This document shows positions 14,356-24,454 of a DNA stretch of 32,000 nucleotides, piece by piece. Position 1 is the first letter of the stretch. Each line of letters opens with the position of its first letter. The stretch is taken from NCBI RefSeq assembly GCF_002075285.3, contig NZ_CP021983.2, forward strand, positions 5,130,001 to 5,162,000. The letters are read 5' to 3'. The stretch is from Halomicronema hongdechloris C2206 (GTDB lineage: Bacteria > Cyanobacteriota > Cyanobacteriia > Phormidesmidales > Phormidesmidaceae). The notes below the pieces were generated by a model. The model was not told where the DNA came from and searched no databases. It was given only the letters and a program-made list of their open reading frames with translations. The position numbers and the translations under genes were made by a program.

Positions 14356-14378
14356 CCAAGGTGTGAGGAAAATAAGAC

Positions 14379-15839
14379 ATGTCTAAACTGCTGTGGAAAT
14401 CACTGCTGGCAGCGCCTGCTGCCCTCGGTGCAGTGCTCGCTATCTCTGGTACCTCTGTAGCCGCTGAGTCTGTTGAGCCTAGCTTCAACGAACTGAGTGC
14501 TGCCGAGCCCGCACAGCTGGCTCAGGTGACCAGCGTCGATGAACTGTCCGATGTGTTGCCGTCTGACTGGGCCTACACGGCGCTGCAAAACCTGGTAGAG
14601 ACCTACGGCTGTATCGAAGGCTATCCCAACCGCACTTTCCGCGGTGACCGGGCCCTGACTCGCTACGAATTTGCCGCTGGTCTGAATGCCTGCTTAGACG
14701 TTATCTCCAATTTGATCGTCGGTGGTGGTGTCGGTGAGAGCGACCTGGCCACCATCCGTCGTCTGCAAGAAGAGTTCCAGGCTGAACTGGCTACCCTGCG
14801 GGGTCGAGTCGATGCCCTGGAAGCCGACGTGGCTGAACTGGAAGCGAACCAGTTCTCCACCACAACCAAACTGCGTGGCCAAGTGGACTCCCACATCGTT
14901 GCTCCCTTCGATGAGTTAGAGGGTGTTGAGGATTCCACTACCTTCACCAACCGGGTGCGGATGAACTTCGATACCAGCTTCACCGGTGAAGATCGTCTAC
15001 GGGTGCGTTTGCAGGCTAGTGGTGGTGCTGATCCATTAGTTGCTGGTGGTGGCTTAGCTAATGGTGATGATGCTAGTGGTGACGGTGATTACAATGTCGA
15101 CATTGATGACTTCTACTACCTGTTCCCGGTTGGGGATCGCCTAGATATCATCATTGCGGCTAACGGCATCGTTACCGATGACTACGTGGTCAGCACCATC
15201 GTGCCCTTCGATGGCCCCAGCGTGGCTGACCCCGGTGGTCCTGTATTCTATGACTTTGATATGGGGGGTAGTGCTGGTGCTGGCTTCAGCTTTGCCCTCA
15301 CCAACAACATTGCCATTGATGCCGGCTATTCCTTTGACGAAGCCGAGGGTGCTGATCCCCTAATTGGCATCTCAGCCGCTTCCGAGCAGAGCTACATCGG
15401 TCAGGTCACCTTCATCAGTGATGGTATCCTTGATCTGGCTGGTACCTTCATCCGCGGCGATAGTGGCGATGGTGCCTTTACCAATACCTTTGCTGCGTTG
15501 GCTAACCTTGACTTTGGTCGCTTCATGATTGGTGGCTACTTTTCCTACCATGATCTGGATGGCACGCCCGCCGTTGGTGACGATGACTTCACTACCTCTT
15601 GGCAAGCCGGGATTGCGGTTCCCGATCTGTTTATCGAAGGGGCTCAGCTGGGTGCCTACTATACTGCCCTACCTGAGTACGCTTCCGGTGTTAACCCTTA
15701 CATGATTGAGGGCTATTACTCGATTCCCGTGAATCAGTTCCTCACCATTACTCCGGCACTGATTTATGGTGATATCGACTCTGGTGCAGCCGATGAAGAG
15801 GCCTTCTACGGTGCCATCCGAGCTACCTTTGAGTTTTAA
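14379..15839 (+). CDS. outer-membrane porin, SLH + OprB-type barrel, paralog 2
   Basis: 486 aa. The N-terminal ~190 aa are identical to paralog 1. The barrel is closely related, with a divergent acidic loop (GLANGDDASGDGDYNVDIDDF versus GLANADDAIGEEYNVIVEDF). It ends in ...RATFEF. Confidence 0.9.
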   Translation: MSKLLWKSLLAAPAALGAVLAISGTSVAAESVEPSFNELSAAEPAQLAQVTSVDELSDVLPSDWAYTALQNLVETYGCIEGYPNRTFRGDRALTRYEFAAGLNACLDVISNLIVGGGVGESDLATIRRLQEEFQAELATLRGRVDALEADVAELEANQFSTTTKLRGQVDSHIVAPFDELEGVEDSTTFTNRVRMNFDTSFTGEDRLRVRLQASGGADPLVAGGGLANGDDASGDGDYNVDIDDFYYLFPVGDRLDIIIAANGIVTDDYVVSTIVPFDGPSVADPGGPVFYDFDMGGSAGAGFSFALTNNIAIDAGYSFDEAEGADPLIGISAASEQSYIGQVTFISDGILDLAGTFIRGDSGDGAFTNTFAALANLDFGRFMIGGYFSYHDLDGTPAVGDDDFTTSWQAGIAVPDLFIEGAQLGAYYTALPEYASGVNPYMIEGYYSIPVNQFLTITPALIYGDIDSGAADEEAFYGAIRATFEF

Positions 15840-15863
15840 GTTCAGTTAAGTCCCCATTATCTG

Positions 15864-15893
15864 AAAGCCCCGCCACTGGCGGGGCTTTTTGGT
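15864..15893 (+). terminator. intrinsic terminator after porin 2
   Basis: AAAGCCCCGCC-ACT-GGCGGGGC followed by TTTTTGGTTTT. Confidence 0.8.
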
Positions 15894-16230
15894 TTTGGTT
15901 GAAGAGTAAGCAGGTGCCGTTAAAGCTGCTATCGATACTGGGCTCAGGGATCACGGCAACTTCGTAAGAGCCTCGAGAGAATCTGACTTGAAATTCCTTC
16001 CCGATTGCCGGAGTACAGTAACAGGGGGCTTACCTTTTCTCATCCAAAACCCATATCAAATTAAGCCGAGGTTAAGCTGCATGCCTAACTTGTCTGTATC
16101 GGATAATACTCTCTCAGGAAATTCTCAGCTAATTTTAAGCTTTCCATGACCTTTTCTCGGGTTGACGGACTCATAATGGAGGTGCGTACAACATTATACG
16201 CAGTTCTCTGGTGTGAGGAGATTATTAGAC

Positions 16231-17739
16231 ATGTCAAACCTGCTTTGGAAATCACTCCTAGCCGGTCCAGTTGCTCTCGGCACAGTGCTGACTGTGGCCA
16301 GTGCCTCTGTGGCCGCCGAATCTGCTCCTGTTGAGCCCAGTGTACAGGCCCTGGGCTCTCAGGATTCTTTAGAGCTGGCTCAGGTAACCAGCGTCGATGA
16401 GCTGTCCGATGTGTTGCCGTCTGACTGGGCCTACACGGCGCTGCAAAACCTGGTAGAGACCTACGGCTGTATCGAAGGCTATCCCAACCGCACTTTCCGC
16501 GGTGACCGGGCCCTGACTCGCTACGAATTTGCCGCTGGTCTGAATGCCTGCTTAGACGTTATCTCCAATTTGATCGTCGGTGGTGGTGTCGGTGAGAGCG
16601 ACCTGGCCACCATCCGTCGTCTGCAAGAAGAGTTCCAGGCTGAACTGGCTACCCTGCGGGGTCGAGTCGATGCCCTAGAAGCCGATGTCGCTGAACTGGA
16701 AGCCAACCAGTTCTCCACCACAACCAAGCTACGAGGCGAGGTGGTTGGCCATGTTGTGGCTCCCTTCGACGAGCTAGAGGGCGTTGAAGATTCCACCACT
16801 TTCCTGAGCCGGGCTCGCTTGAACTTTGACACCAGCTTCACTGGCCGGGATCGCCTGCGGGTGCGTCTAGAAGCCGGCAGTGGCGAAGACGCTTTAGTGG
16901 CTGCTCGCGGCGGCGACGACTTTGAAGACAATGGTGATGACTTTGACGTTGCCATTGATGATCTTTACTACAACTTCCCCATCGGTGAGCGTCTGACCAT
17001 TGAGTTGGCTGCGATTGGCCGCAGCACCGACGACTTTGCCACCAGCTCCATCGTGCCCTGGGATGGCAACAGCGTGTCTGATCCGGGTGAGCCGCCTCTC
17101 TATGATTTTGGCATGGGTGGCTCTGCTGGTATCGGGGCTAGCTTCCAGTTGACTGAGAATATCTTTATCGATGGTGGCTATTCCTTCGATGCGAATGATG
17201 GGTCTGATCCTTTAGTGGGCTTGGCCGGCTCGGATGAACAAAGCTACTTCGGCCAAGTGAGCTACCTCAGCGATTTCATTAGTGCGGCAGCTGTCTACCT
17301 CCGAGGTACCGATGGGGTTGATTTCCCTGAAGTCGGCGGATTTGGGTTCGTTGGCGGGGCTGATGCTACCGTCACAACGGAAACTATTGGTGGTTTGCTT
17401 AGCCTAGACTTCGGTCGTTTCATTGTGGCGGGCTCCTTCGGCTACCATGATTTAGTAGAGGGGACAGCTCCGGCAACAGCCGACGACTTTACCACCTCTT
17501 GGCAGGCTGGTATCGCAGTCCCCGATCTGTTTATTGAGGGAGCTGAACTTGGTGCTTTCTATGTGGCTTTGCCTGAGTTTACCTCTGGGATTAACCCCTG
17601 GATGGTTGAGGGTTACTACCAAATCCCTGTCAATGAGTTCATAGAGATCACACCATCGCTTATTTACGGTGACATTGATAGTGGCGTGGCTGATGAGGAA
17701 GCCTTCTACGGTGCCATTCGGGCCAAGTTCAAGTTCTAA
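16231..17739 (+). CDS. outer-membrane porin, SLH + OprB-type barrel, paralog 3
   Basis: I place the start at ATG 16231 (MSNLLWKSLLAGPVALG...), not the track's GTG at 16213. The reason is that the conserved upstream block GGTGTGAGGAGATTATTAGAC-ATG matches the RBS spacing of paralogs 1 and 2. The SLH and coiled-coil region is identical in protein to paralogs 1/2, the barrel is clearly divergent, and the protein ends in ...RAKFKF. Confidence 0.9.
   Translation: MSNLLWKSLLAGPVALGTVLTVASASVAAESAPVEPSVQALGSQDSLELAQVTSVDELSDVLPSDWAYTALQNLVETYGCIEGYPNRTFRGDRALTRYEFAAGLNACLDVISNLIVGGGVGESDLATIRRLQEEFQAELATLRGRVDALEADVAELEANQFSTTTKLRGEVVGHVVAPFDELEGVEDSTTFLSRARLNFDTSFTGRDRLRVRLEAGSGEDALVAARGGDDFEDNGDDFDVAIDDLYYNFPIGERLTIELAAIGRSTDDFATSSIVPWDGNSVSDPGEPPLYDFGMGGSAGIGASFQLTENIFIDGGYSFDANDGSDPLVGLAGSDEQSYFGQVSYLSDFISAAAVYLRGTDGVDFPEVGGFGFVGGADATVTTETIGGLLSLDFGRFIVAGSFGYHDLVEGTAPATADDFTTSWQAGIAVPDLFIEGAELGAFYVALPEFTSGINPWMVEGYYQIPVNEFIEITPSLIYGDIDSGVADEEAFYGAIRAKFKF
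16402..16676. repeat. 275-nt tract identical to porin 2 (14544-14818)
   Basis: By hand comparison there are no mismatches between 16402-16676 and 14544-14818. The flanking sequence on both sides diverges quickly. Confidence 0.8.
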
Positions 17740-17777
17740 GTTGGTTGGTCACGGTTCATAGTTGTGTCCTGTTGAGC

Positions 17778-17808
17778 AAAAGCCCCGTCTCTGGCGGGGC
17801 TTTTGTTG
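17778..17808 (+). terminator. intrinsic terminator after porin 3
   Basis: AAAAGCCCCG-TCTCTG-GCGGGGC followed by TTTTGTTGTG. The stem is similar to the porin-2 terminator. Confidence 0.8.
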
Positions 17809-17896
17809 TGCGATGGTGATGACGCTATAATCTGGCAAACTCCAGTGGGGAACCGGAGTATACTGGGAGGGATGCCCAAGAAAAATAACACTGTTT

Positions 17897-18331
17897 GTGG
17901 ATTTATCGTGTAAGAGTGAATATGCTCTGCTGGCTTTGATAGAGTTGAGTGCTCGCTACGCTAGCGGAGAGCCATTGCAGATTCGGCAGATTGCTACCCA
18001 ACAGTCGATTCCGGATCGATATTTAGAGCAATTGTTAGCCATACTACGGCGGGCGGGGTTAGTACGCAGTCAACGAGGGGCGCGAGGAGGGTACTTGTTG
18101 GCGCGTGACCCCTGGAGCATTACTCTGTTTGAAGTGGTTAGCTGCATCGAAGGATTAGATACCCAGACCGATATGGAAAAGTCGCCCCAGACAGCGGCGG
18201 GTATGGTCGTGGGGGAGGTATGGCAAGAGGTGCGGCAGGCGGCGGAGACGGTATTGCAGAAATATACTCTGCAGGATCTCCTGGAGCGCCGCAATGTCAA
18301 ACAGCAGCTCGACATTATGTACTACATCTAG
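17897..18331 (+). CDS. Rrf2 family transcriptional regulator (CymR/IscR-like)
   Basis: 144 aa with a GTG start. The N-terminal winged helix reads LSCKSEYALLALIELS...PLQIRQIATQQSIPDRYLEQLLAILRRAGLVRSQRGARGGYLLAR. Confidence 0.85.
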   Translation: MDLSCKSEYALLALIELSARYASGEPLQIRQIATQQSIPDRYLEQLLAILRRAGLVRSQRGARGGYLLARDPWSITLFEVVSCIEGLDTQTDMEKSPQTAAGMVVGEVWQEVRQAAETVLQKYTLQDLLERRNVKQQLDIMYYI

Positions 18332-18334
18332 GCA

Positions 18335-19303
18335 ATGACTATGCGCATCGCCAACAACATTACTGAACTCATTGGCCGTACACCTCTGGTTAGATTGACT
18401 CGGATCCCGAAGACTGATGGGTGTGACGCTCAGATCGTGATGAAGCTGGAGGGAATGAATCCGTCGGCCTCGGTCAAGGATCGGATTGGCATCAGCATGA
18501 TTGAGGCGGCCGAAGCCACTGGTGTGATTACACCAGGACAAACGACTCTGGTGGAGCCGACGTCAGGGAATACAGGGATTGCCCTGGCTATGGCGGCAGC
18601 GGCAAAGGGCTATCGCCTGATTTTGACCATGCCAGAGACCATGAGTGCTGAACGGCGGGCCATGTTGCGGGCCTATGGGGCGGAATTGGAGCTGACCCCG
18701 GGGTTGGAGGGCATGGGTGGCTGTATTCAGCGGGCCCAGGAAATCGTAAACTCTCTGCCGGATGCTTACATGCTGCAACAGTTCAGCAATCCGGCAAATC
18801 CGGCCATCCATCGCCGTACTACGGCGGAGGAGATTTGGGCAGATACCGAAGGAACCGTCGATTTTTTAGTGGCTGGAGTGGGCACAGGGGGCACCATTAC
18901 TGGCGTATCGGATGTGTTGAAGCAGCGCAAGCCAACGGTGAAATCCATCGCGGTGGAGCCGACCAACAGTCCAGTGTTATCGGGAGGACGTCCAGGCCCC
19001 CATAAGATCCAGGGGATCGGCGCTGGGTTTATTCCTGATGTGCTGGATGTCTCTCTGATTGATGAAGTCATTCAGGTGTCTGATGACGAGGCCATCGCCT
19101 ATGGCCGCCGTTTAGCTCGGGAAGAGGGACTGTTATCTGGAATTTCTAGTGGAGCTGCGGTCAAGGCGGCTATTGAGGTGGGCTGTCGACCGGAAAATGC
19201 CGGTAAGCTAATTGTCGTAGTGCAGCCTAGCTTTGGTGAGCGATATTTGAGTACGCCGCTGTTCCAGGATCCTGAATTGATGGCCCCGGTGGCACTGACC
19301 TAG
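18335..19303 (+). CDS. cysK: cysteine synthase A (O-acetylserine sulfhydrylase)
   Basis: 322 aa with the motifs [23 protein letters not shown] (PLP lysine), [22 protein letters not shown] and GISSGAA. Confidence 0.93.
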   Translation: MTMRIANNITELIGRTPLVRLTRIPKTDGCDAQIVMKLEGMNPSASVKDRIGISMIEAAEATGVITPGQTTLVEPTSGNTGIALAMAAAAKGYRLILTMPETMSAERRAMLRAYGAELELTPGLEGMGGCIQRAQEIVNSLPDAYMLQQFSNPANPAIHRRTTAEEIWADTEGTVDFLVAGVGTGGTITGVSDVLKQRKPTVKSIAVEPTNSPVLSGGRPGPHKIQGIGAGFIPDVLDVSLIDEVIQVSDDEAIAYGRRLAREEGLLSGISSGAAVKAAIEVGCRPENAGKLIVVVQPSFGERYLSTPLFQDPELMAPVALT

Positions 19304-19471
19304 GAGGCTGCGGTGTAAGTTCAGCTGCTGGTCATTGGTAGGGAAAGAAGGGCGCAAATATCGATTAATACGCTGCTACGGCAATCCCGGTTTGGTTAGG
19401 ACAGCTTGGGTGATTGAGATCTCTATCAGTAAAGGTTCAATGCATTCTTCTGTCTTCTGCCATACGAGACC

Positions 19472-21280
19472 CTAGGAAATATCCTGGGTGATGTCAGGGC
19501 AGGTTAGCTTTACCAGTTGATAGGTGCCCTGGGAGATTGTTTCTGTGGGCTGGTAGGTCTGAAATGTGAGTTGGGCAATTTCTTGGCGGCGACCGACTAA
19601 CCAAATTGATGGAGCGGTTAGGCGGTGGAGATGTTGGTCTACGGCGTCGGCTGCATAGATATAGGTGACAGGGCGCTGACTATAGAACACCAGACTGGGT
19701 TTTTTGAAGCCCATCATGATGACGGGCTCGGTGTTTGTTGCTTGCGTCTGGATGATGTGGGCTAGCTGTCGCAGGGGAGCCTGACGGGCGGTGTCGATCA
19801 GGCCATAGGCGGGTAGGATGCTGATGGTAAGAAAGGCAACGAAGGCGATCAGGTTGATGCTCCAGAGCCAGGGGCTGTGGCGGCGAATTATCAGTACCAG
19901 ACCGGCGAGGGCGGCGAGCCCCCAGATGATGGCGGCATGAGCCAAGATGCCTGACTGGCTAAGGCGCTCGGGCAGGTTGGGCATAGCGGGATCATTGCCG
20001 ATCCAGTTGGGGCTGTAGAGGGCGGCAGCTCCCAAGCCGATAAATAGGACTAGGTTGAGGATGACACTGACTCGAAACCCCCAGCCCATGGGACGAAGGG
20101 ATGGTGTGTGCAGTAAGGCGTCGCCCCAGGCGAGGCCGACTAGGATGGCCGCGGCAGGCATCAAGGGCAGCACATAGCTGGGGAGCTTGGTGACGGCTAT
20201 AGTGAAAAATCCGAAAATGACCGCAAACCAGATCAGGGCAAAGAGGCCGAGATGGCTGGTGCGGGGTTGGCGTTGCCAGAAGCGTCGTCGCCAAGGTTGC
20301 AGACGTGCGATCGCATAGGGTAAGAAGGGCGACCAGGGCAAAAACCCCACCGCCACCACCACAAAATAGAAATACCAGGGGGCGGCATGGTCATTAACCA
20401 CCTGAGTAAAGCGCTCGACGTTGTGATAGCCAAAGAATGACTCGATATAGGCTTGCCCATTAGCCTGAATGACCAGCACATACCACGGTATCGTTATCAC
20501 GAGAAACAGCAGCACACCTGGGCCCAGGCGCATCTCTCGCCATAGCAGAGAAAGTTGACCGGTGTAGGCCAGAAACACCAGCACAACCAGCCCCGGTAAG
20601 ACGATACCCACAGGTCCTTTAGTCAGCACCGCCAGAGCGGCAAAGCCATAGGCAGCCAGATACCAAGCCGTTTGTCGCTGGGGAGTCTGGGGTTGAGCAT
20701 AGGCCAGAAAAAAGGCCAGCAACGCCGCCCCCATGGTGGCAGCCAAGAGCATATCTGAAACCCCGGTTCTGGCCCAGGCGATGGTTTCCGGATTGAAAGC
20801 CAACACAGCGGCGCCGATGAAGGCCGAGGTCCAGAGGGCTGCCTGGCTCTGACCGGAGCGGCTGGTGTCGCTGGCAAGGGGCTGGGGACGGGGAACTCCG
20901 AAGCGCCGGAGGCTATAAAAGCCAAAGCCCGTCAGGGCAAATGCTGCCAGGGCAGAGGGCAGTCGCACGGTCCATTCGGTCACTCCCCACAGATGAAAGC
21001 CCAGAGCCATACCCCAGTACACCAAGGGCGGCTTGTCGAAGCGGGGGTCGCCGTTGAAATAGGGGGTAATCCAATCGCCGCTGGCGTACATCTGTCGGGC
21101 GGCTTCGGCAAATAGGGGTTCGGTCTCATCTACCAGGCCAGTACTGCCTAGCTGCCAACCAAAGGCTACCCAACTGATCAACAGCACCCAGAGGATAGAC
21201 GCGCCTACTATTAGCGTCGGAACAGAGAGCCATCGTTTTAGCCACGGGAAGATCGGAGAAGACTTAGACCGAGACGCCAT
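19472..21280 (-). CDS. glycosyltransferase family 39 (ArnT / PMT_2-like membrane glycosyltransferase)
   Basis: A polytopic membrane protein. The N-terminal catalytic loop DETEPLFAEAARQM...GDWITPYFNGDPRFDKPPLVYW is typical of this family. I prefer the ATG at 21280 (MASRSKSSPIFPWLKR...); the track extends to 21373. Confidence 0.8.
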   Translation of the reverse strand: MASRSKSSPIFPWLKRWLSVPTLIVGASILWVLLISWVAFGWQLGSTGLVDETEPLFAEAARQMYASGDWITPYFNGDPRFDKPPLVYWGMALGFHLWGVTEWTVRLPSALAAFALTGFGFYSLRRFGVPRPQPLASDTSRSGQSQAALWTSAFIGAAVLAFNPETIAWARTGVSDMLLAATMGAALLAFFLAYAQPQTPQRQTAWYLAAYGFAALAVLTKGPVGIVLPGLVVLVFLAYTGQLSLLWREMRLGPGVLLFLVITIPWYVLVIQANGQAYIESFFGYHNVERFTQVVNDHAAPWYFYFVVVAVGFLPWSPFLPYAIARLQPWRRRFWQRQPRTSHLGLFALIWFAVIFGFFTIAVTKLPSYVLPLMPAAAILVGLAWGDALLHTPSLRPMGWGFRVSVILNLVLFIGLGAAALYSPNWIGNDPAMPNLPERLSQSGILAHAAIIWGLAALAGLVLIIRRHSPWLWSINLIAFVAFLTISILPAYGLIDTARQAPLRQLAHIIQTQATNTEPVIMMGFKKPSLVFYSQRPVTYIYAADAVDQHLHRLTAPSIWLVGRRQEIAQLTFQTYQPTETISQGTYQLVKLTCPDITQDIS

Positions 21281-21406
21281 AGGACATGTGATAAGGGAAA
21301 GCGGAAAACAGCATAGCCCATGGGATTTACCCGTGTCCAAACACCTTGGCAAGCCATCCACCAGTCTCCACAATAACTAAAGGAGGCAGTCCTAATCCTG
21401 ACGTCG

Positions 21407-22126
21407 ATGACCTTAAATCACTACCAGACCCTAGAGGTGTCGGAAACGGCAACCCAGACGGAAATTAAGTTGGCCTATCGGCGATTAGCCAAGCAGTTTC
21501 ACCCAGACAGTCAGCAGGTGACTGCTGGCCATGAGCAGTTTACGCGGATCAATGCAGCCTATGAAGTGTTGAGTGATCCACGGCAGCGCTCCATATACGA
21601 TCAGCGGCGTCAAGGGATTGGGGCGGCTAGCCGTAATCGCCAACAGCGGACGGCGGCTGCCCAGCAACAATATCGCCACCAACGCCAGGCCAGCCGATCG
21701 GCGGACGATCAGGTGCATGATTGGGTGAAACAGGTCTATACTCCCATTGACCGGCTGATGGCCAAAATTCTGACCCCGCTCAAGGGAGAACTCCGTAGTC
21801 TATCTGCCGATCCCTTTGATGATGAACTGATGGAAGGGTTTCAGGCCTATTTAGAGGCCTGTCGCACCTGGCTAGAGCAGGCCCAAGGTCGCTTTCAATC
21901 CACCCCTAATCCTGCCAATCTGGCCGGAGTAGCTGCTAATCTCTACCATTGCCTCAACCAGCTTGAAGACGGCATTGAGGAGATGGAGCGCTTCACCTAT
22001 AGCTATGAGGAGAGCTATCTTCACACCGGGCAGGAACTCTTTCGGATTTCATCTCAGTTGCGACGGGACGCTAAGACCGGCTTAAAAGAAGTAGTTTTTG
22101 AGGCCAACGCCTCCCCGTGGCCCTGA
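21407..22126 (+). CDS. J-domain (DnaJ domain) protein
   Basis: The N-terminal J domain has an HPD motif: HYQTLEVSETATQTEIKLAYRRLAKQFHPD...F..IN.AYEVLSDP..R..YD. I do not recognise the C-terminal ~140 aa. Confidence 0.75.
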   Translation: MTLNHYQTLEVSETATQTEIKLAYRRLAKQFHPDSQQVTAGHEQFTRINAAYEVLSDPRQRSIYDQRRQGIGAASRNRQQRTAAAQQQYRHQRQASRSADDQVHDWVKQVYTPIDRLMAKILTPLKGELRSLSADPFDDELMEGFQAYLEACRTWLEQAQGRFQSTPNPANLAGVAANLYHCLNQLEDGIEEMERFTYSYEESYLHTGQELFRISSQLRRDAKTGLKEVVFEANASPWP

Positions 22127-22171
22127 CCATGGCTAGAATAGATAAATTGTCCTTGAGTCACCTGCGCCAGC

Positions 22172-23530
22172 ATGTTGCCCGTCGTTGCCATTATCGGCCG
22201 CCCCAATGTGGGCAAATCTACCCTAGTGAACCGGTTGGCGGGCGGGCGTGATGCCATCGTCCATGACCAACCAGGGGTGACTCGCGATCGCACCTATCGC
22301 CCCGGCTTTTGGCAAGATCGAGAATTTCAAGTAGTGGACACTGGTGGGCTGGTGTTTGACGACGACACCGAGTTCCTACCCTACATTCGGGAGCAGGCTC
22401 TGGCTGCTCTGACAGAAGCCAGCGTCGCTATCTTTGTCGTCGATGGTCAAGCGGGCCCCACCGATGCCGACCAGGAGATTGCCAGCTGGCTACGGCAGCA
22501 GTCAGTACCGGTGATGATTGCGGTGAATAAGTGTGAATCGCCGGAATTGGGAGGAGCCCTGGCCGCCCAATTTTGGGAGCTGGGCCTGGGAGAGCCCTAT
22601 CCCGTTTCTGGCATCCATGGCAATGGCACTGGCGATCTGCTGGATGTGGTCATTGCCCATTTGCCTGAGACGACTCCCGCTGATGCCCGCGATGAGATTC
22701 GGGTAGCCATTGTGGGGCGGCCCAATGTGGGCAAGTCTAGCCTCTTGAATGCCTTCGTCGGCGAGTCGCGCGCCATCGTCAGCCCCATTTCAGGCACCAC
22801 CCGCGACGCCATTGACATGCAGGTGCGGCGGGGGGAGCAGATCTATCGCTTGGTCGATACCGCCGGCATTCGCAAGAAAAAAAGCGTCGACTACGGCCCC
22901 GAGTTCTTCGGCATTAACCGGGCCTTTAAGGCGATTCGTCGAGCCGATGTGGTGCTGTTGGTGATCGACGCGGTGGATGGGGCCACCGAACAGGATCAAA
23001 AACTAGCCGGGCGCATTGCCGACGAGGGCCGCGCCTGTGTGCTGGTCGTCAATAAATGGGACGCCGTCGAGAAAGATTCCCATACGGTGTATACCTACGA
23101 CCGTCAGCTCTTGGGCCGGCTTTATTTCGTCGAGTGGGCCGAGCGAGTCTATGTCAGTGCCCTGACTGGCCAGCGAGTCCCTAAGATTCTAGATTTAATT
23201 GACCAGGCGGTGATGCAACATCGCCGTCGGGTGTCGACCTCGGTGGTGAATGAAGTGCTGGCTGAGGCGACGGGCTGGCATACCCCACCGACGACGCGCC
23301 AGGGGCGCCAGGGGCGCATCTACTACGGTACTCAGGTGAGCAGTCGCCCCCCTACTATTGCCCTGTTCGTCAACGATCCCAAGCTATTTGGGGACAATTA
23401 TCGCCGCTACATTGAGCGTCAGTTTCGCCAAAACTTAGGCTTTGAAGGCACGCCTCTACGGTTGCTATGGCGAGGCAAGAAGGTGCGGGATATGGAGCGG
23501 GCCAGTGCTAATCGGGCGACAAAGGTCTGA
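22172..23530 (+). CDS. der: ribosome biogenesis GTPase Der (EngA)
   Basis: It has two tandem GTPase domains ([12 protein letters not shown] / DTGG / NKCE and [12 protein letters not shown] / DTAG / NKWD) plus a C-terminal KH-like domain. Confidence 0.95.
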   Translation: MLPVVAIIGRPNVGKSTLVNRLAGGRDAIVHDQPGVTRDRTYRPGFWQDREFQVVDTGGLVFDDDTEFLPYIREQALAALTEASVAIFVVDGQAGPTDADQEIASWLRQQSVPVMIAVNKCESPELGGALAAQFWELGLGEPYPVSGIHGNGTGDLLDVVIAHLPETTPADARDEIRVAIVGRPNVGKSSLLNAFVGESRAIVSPISGTTRDAIDMQVRRGEQIYRLVDTAGIRKKKSVDYGPEFFGINRAFKAIRRADVVLLVIDAVDGATEQDQKLAGRIADEGRACVLVVNKWDAVEKDSHTVYTYDRQLLGRLYFVEWAERVYVSALTGQRVPKILDLIDQAVMQHRRRVSTSVVNEVLAEATGWHTPPTTRQGRQGRIYYGTQVSSRPPTIALFVNDPKLFGDNYRRYIERQFRQNLGFEGTPLRLLWRGKKVRDMERASANRATKV

Positions 23531-23539
23531 TCGGACCCC

Positions 23540-24454
23540 ATGGATTTATTGCGATCGCTGCCCATCGGACTGTATCTAGAGCAACCGGTCACCTGGTTGC
23601 ACCGCCTCGATCCGCGCACGAAATTGCTCTGGCTGGTCAGTATTTTAGTCATGCCGATTCTGGCCAATGCCCAGTGGCGCTTTGTTCTGGTGCTATTGCT
23701 GATGGGGCTGACCTTGACTGCCTGGATCCCATGGCGGGTGTGGCGACGGCAGATGGGCTGGTTGCTGCTGTTGAGTGGGTTAGTGATGGTGTTGACCTGG
23801 GTGTTGCCAGATGGGCTCTCCGTGGATCAGGTACCGCGATTGCCAACCCCTGAGGCCATGGCCGCCCTGAGTGACCCGCCGGAAGCGTTACCGCAATTCC
23901 CGCAACCGGCCGCCTATCACTATGTGATGGTTGAGATGGGGCCACTGCAGGTGACTCAACGATCGTTGGGGTTGGGTATTCGCATTGGCACCCTATTGTT
24001 CACCTTGATCTATGGCACCAATCTGTTTTTGCTGACGACGGCTGCCGAGGAGATTACGGTGGCCCTAGAGGTGTTGATGCGCCCTCTGGGGTGGTTGCGG
24101 TTGCCGGTGACGGAAATTGCCCTCACCCTGACTTTGGCGCTGCGATTTATTCCCTTGGTTTTAGAGGAAGTCCAGAATCTGATCCGCTCGGTTCAGACTC
24201 GGGCTATCCATTGGAAGAAGTTAGGGTTTCGAGGGGCGGCACAGGTGTGGCTGATGGTGGCCGAGCGGTTGCTGGCTAATCTATTGCTGCGCGCGGAGCA
24301 GATCGCTGCCGCCATGGAAGTGCGAGGCTTCACCAGTGCCAATGAACATCGGGTGGTCTGGCATCAATTGCAACTGCGCTGGCGGGATGGCGTCGCGGTG
24401 GTGGTCTTAGCGTTGCTGTGGTGGGCTCGATATCGCTGGGGGAGTGCCCTTTGA
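23540..24454 (+). CDS. energy-coupling factor transporter transmembrane component (EcfT / CbiQ family)
   Basis: A 304-aa membrane protein. The N-terminus ...WLHRLDPRTKL.....I.. and the conserved arginine-containing region ...AL..R.IP...EE...I..A...R are typical of the CbiQ family. Confidence 0.75.
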   Translation: MDLLRSLPIGLYLEQPVTWLHRLDPRTKLLWLVSILVMPILANAQWRFVLVLLLMGLTLTAWIPWRVWRRQMGWLLLLSGLVMVLTWVLPDGLSVDQVPRLPTPEAMAALSDPPEALPQFPQPAAYHYVMVEMGPLQVTQRSLGLGIRIGTLLFTLIYGTNLFLLTTAAEEITVALEVLMRPLGWLRLPVTEIALTLTLALRFIPLVLEEVQNLIRSVQTRAIHWKKLGFRGAAQVWLMVAERLLANLLLRAEQIAAAMEVRGFTSANEHRVVWHQLQLRWRDGVAVVVLALLWWARYRWGSAL

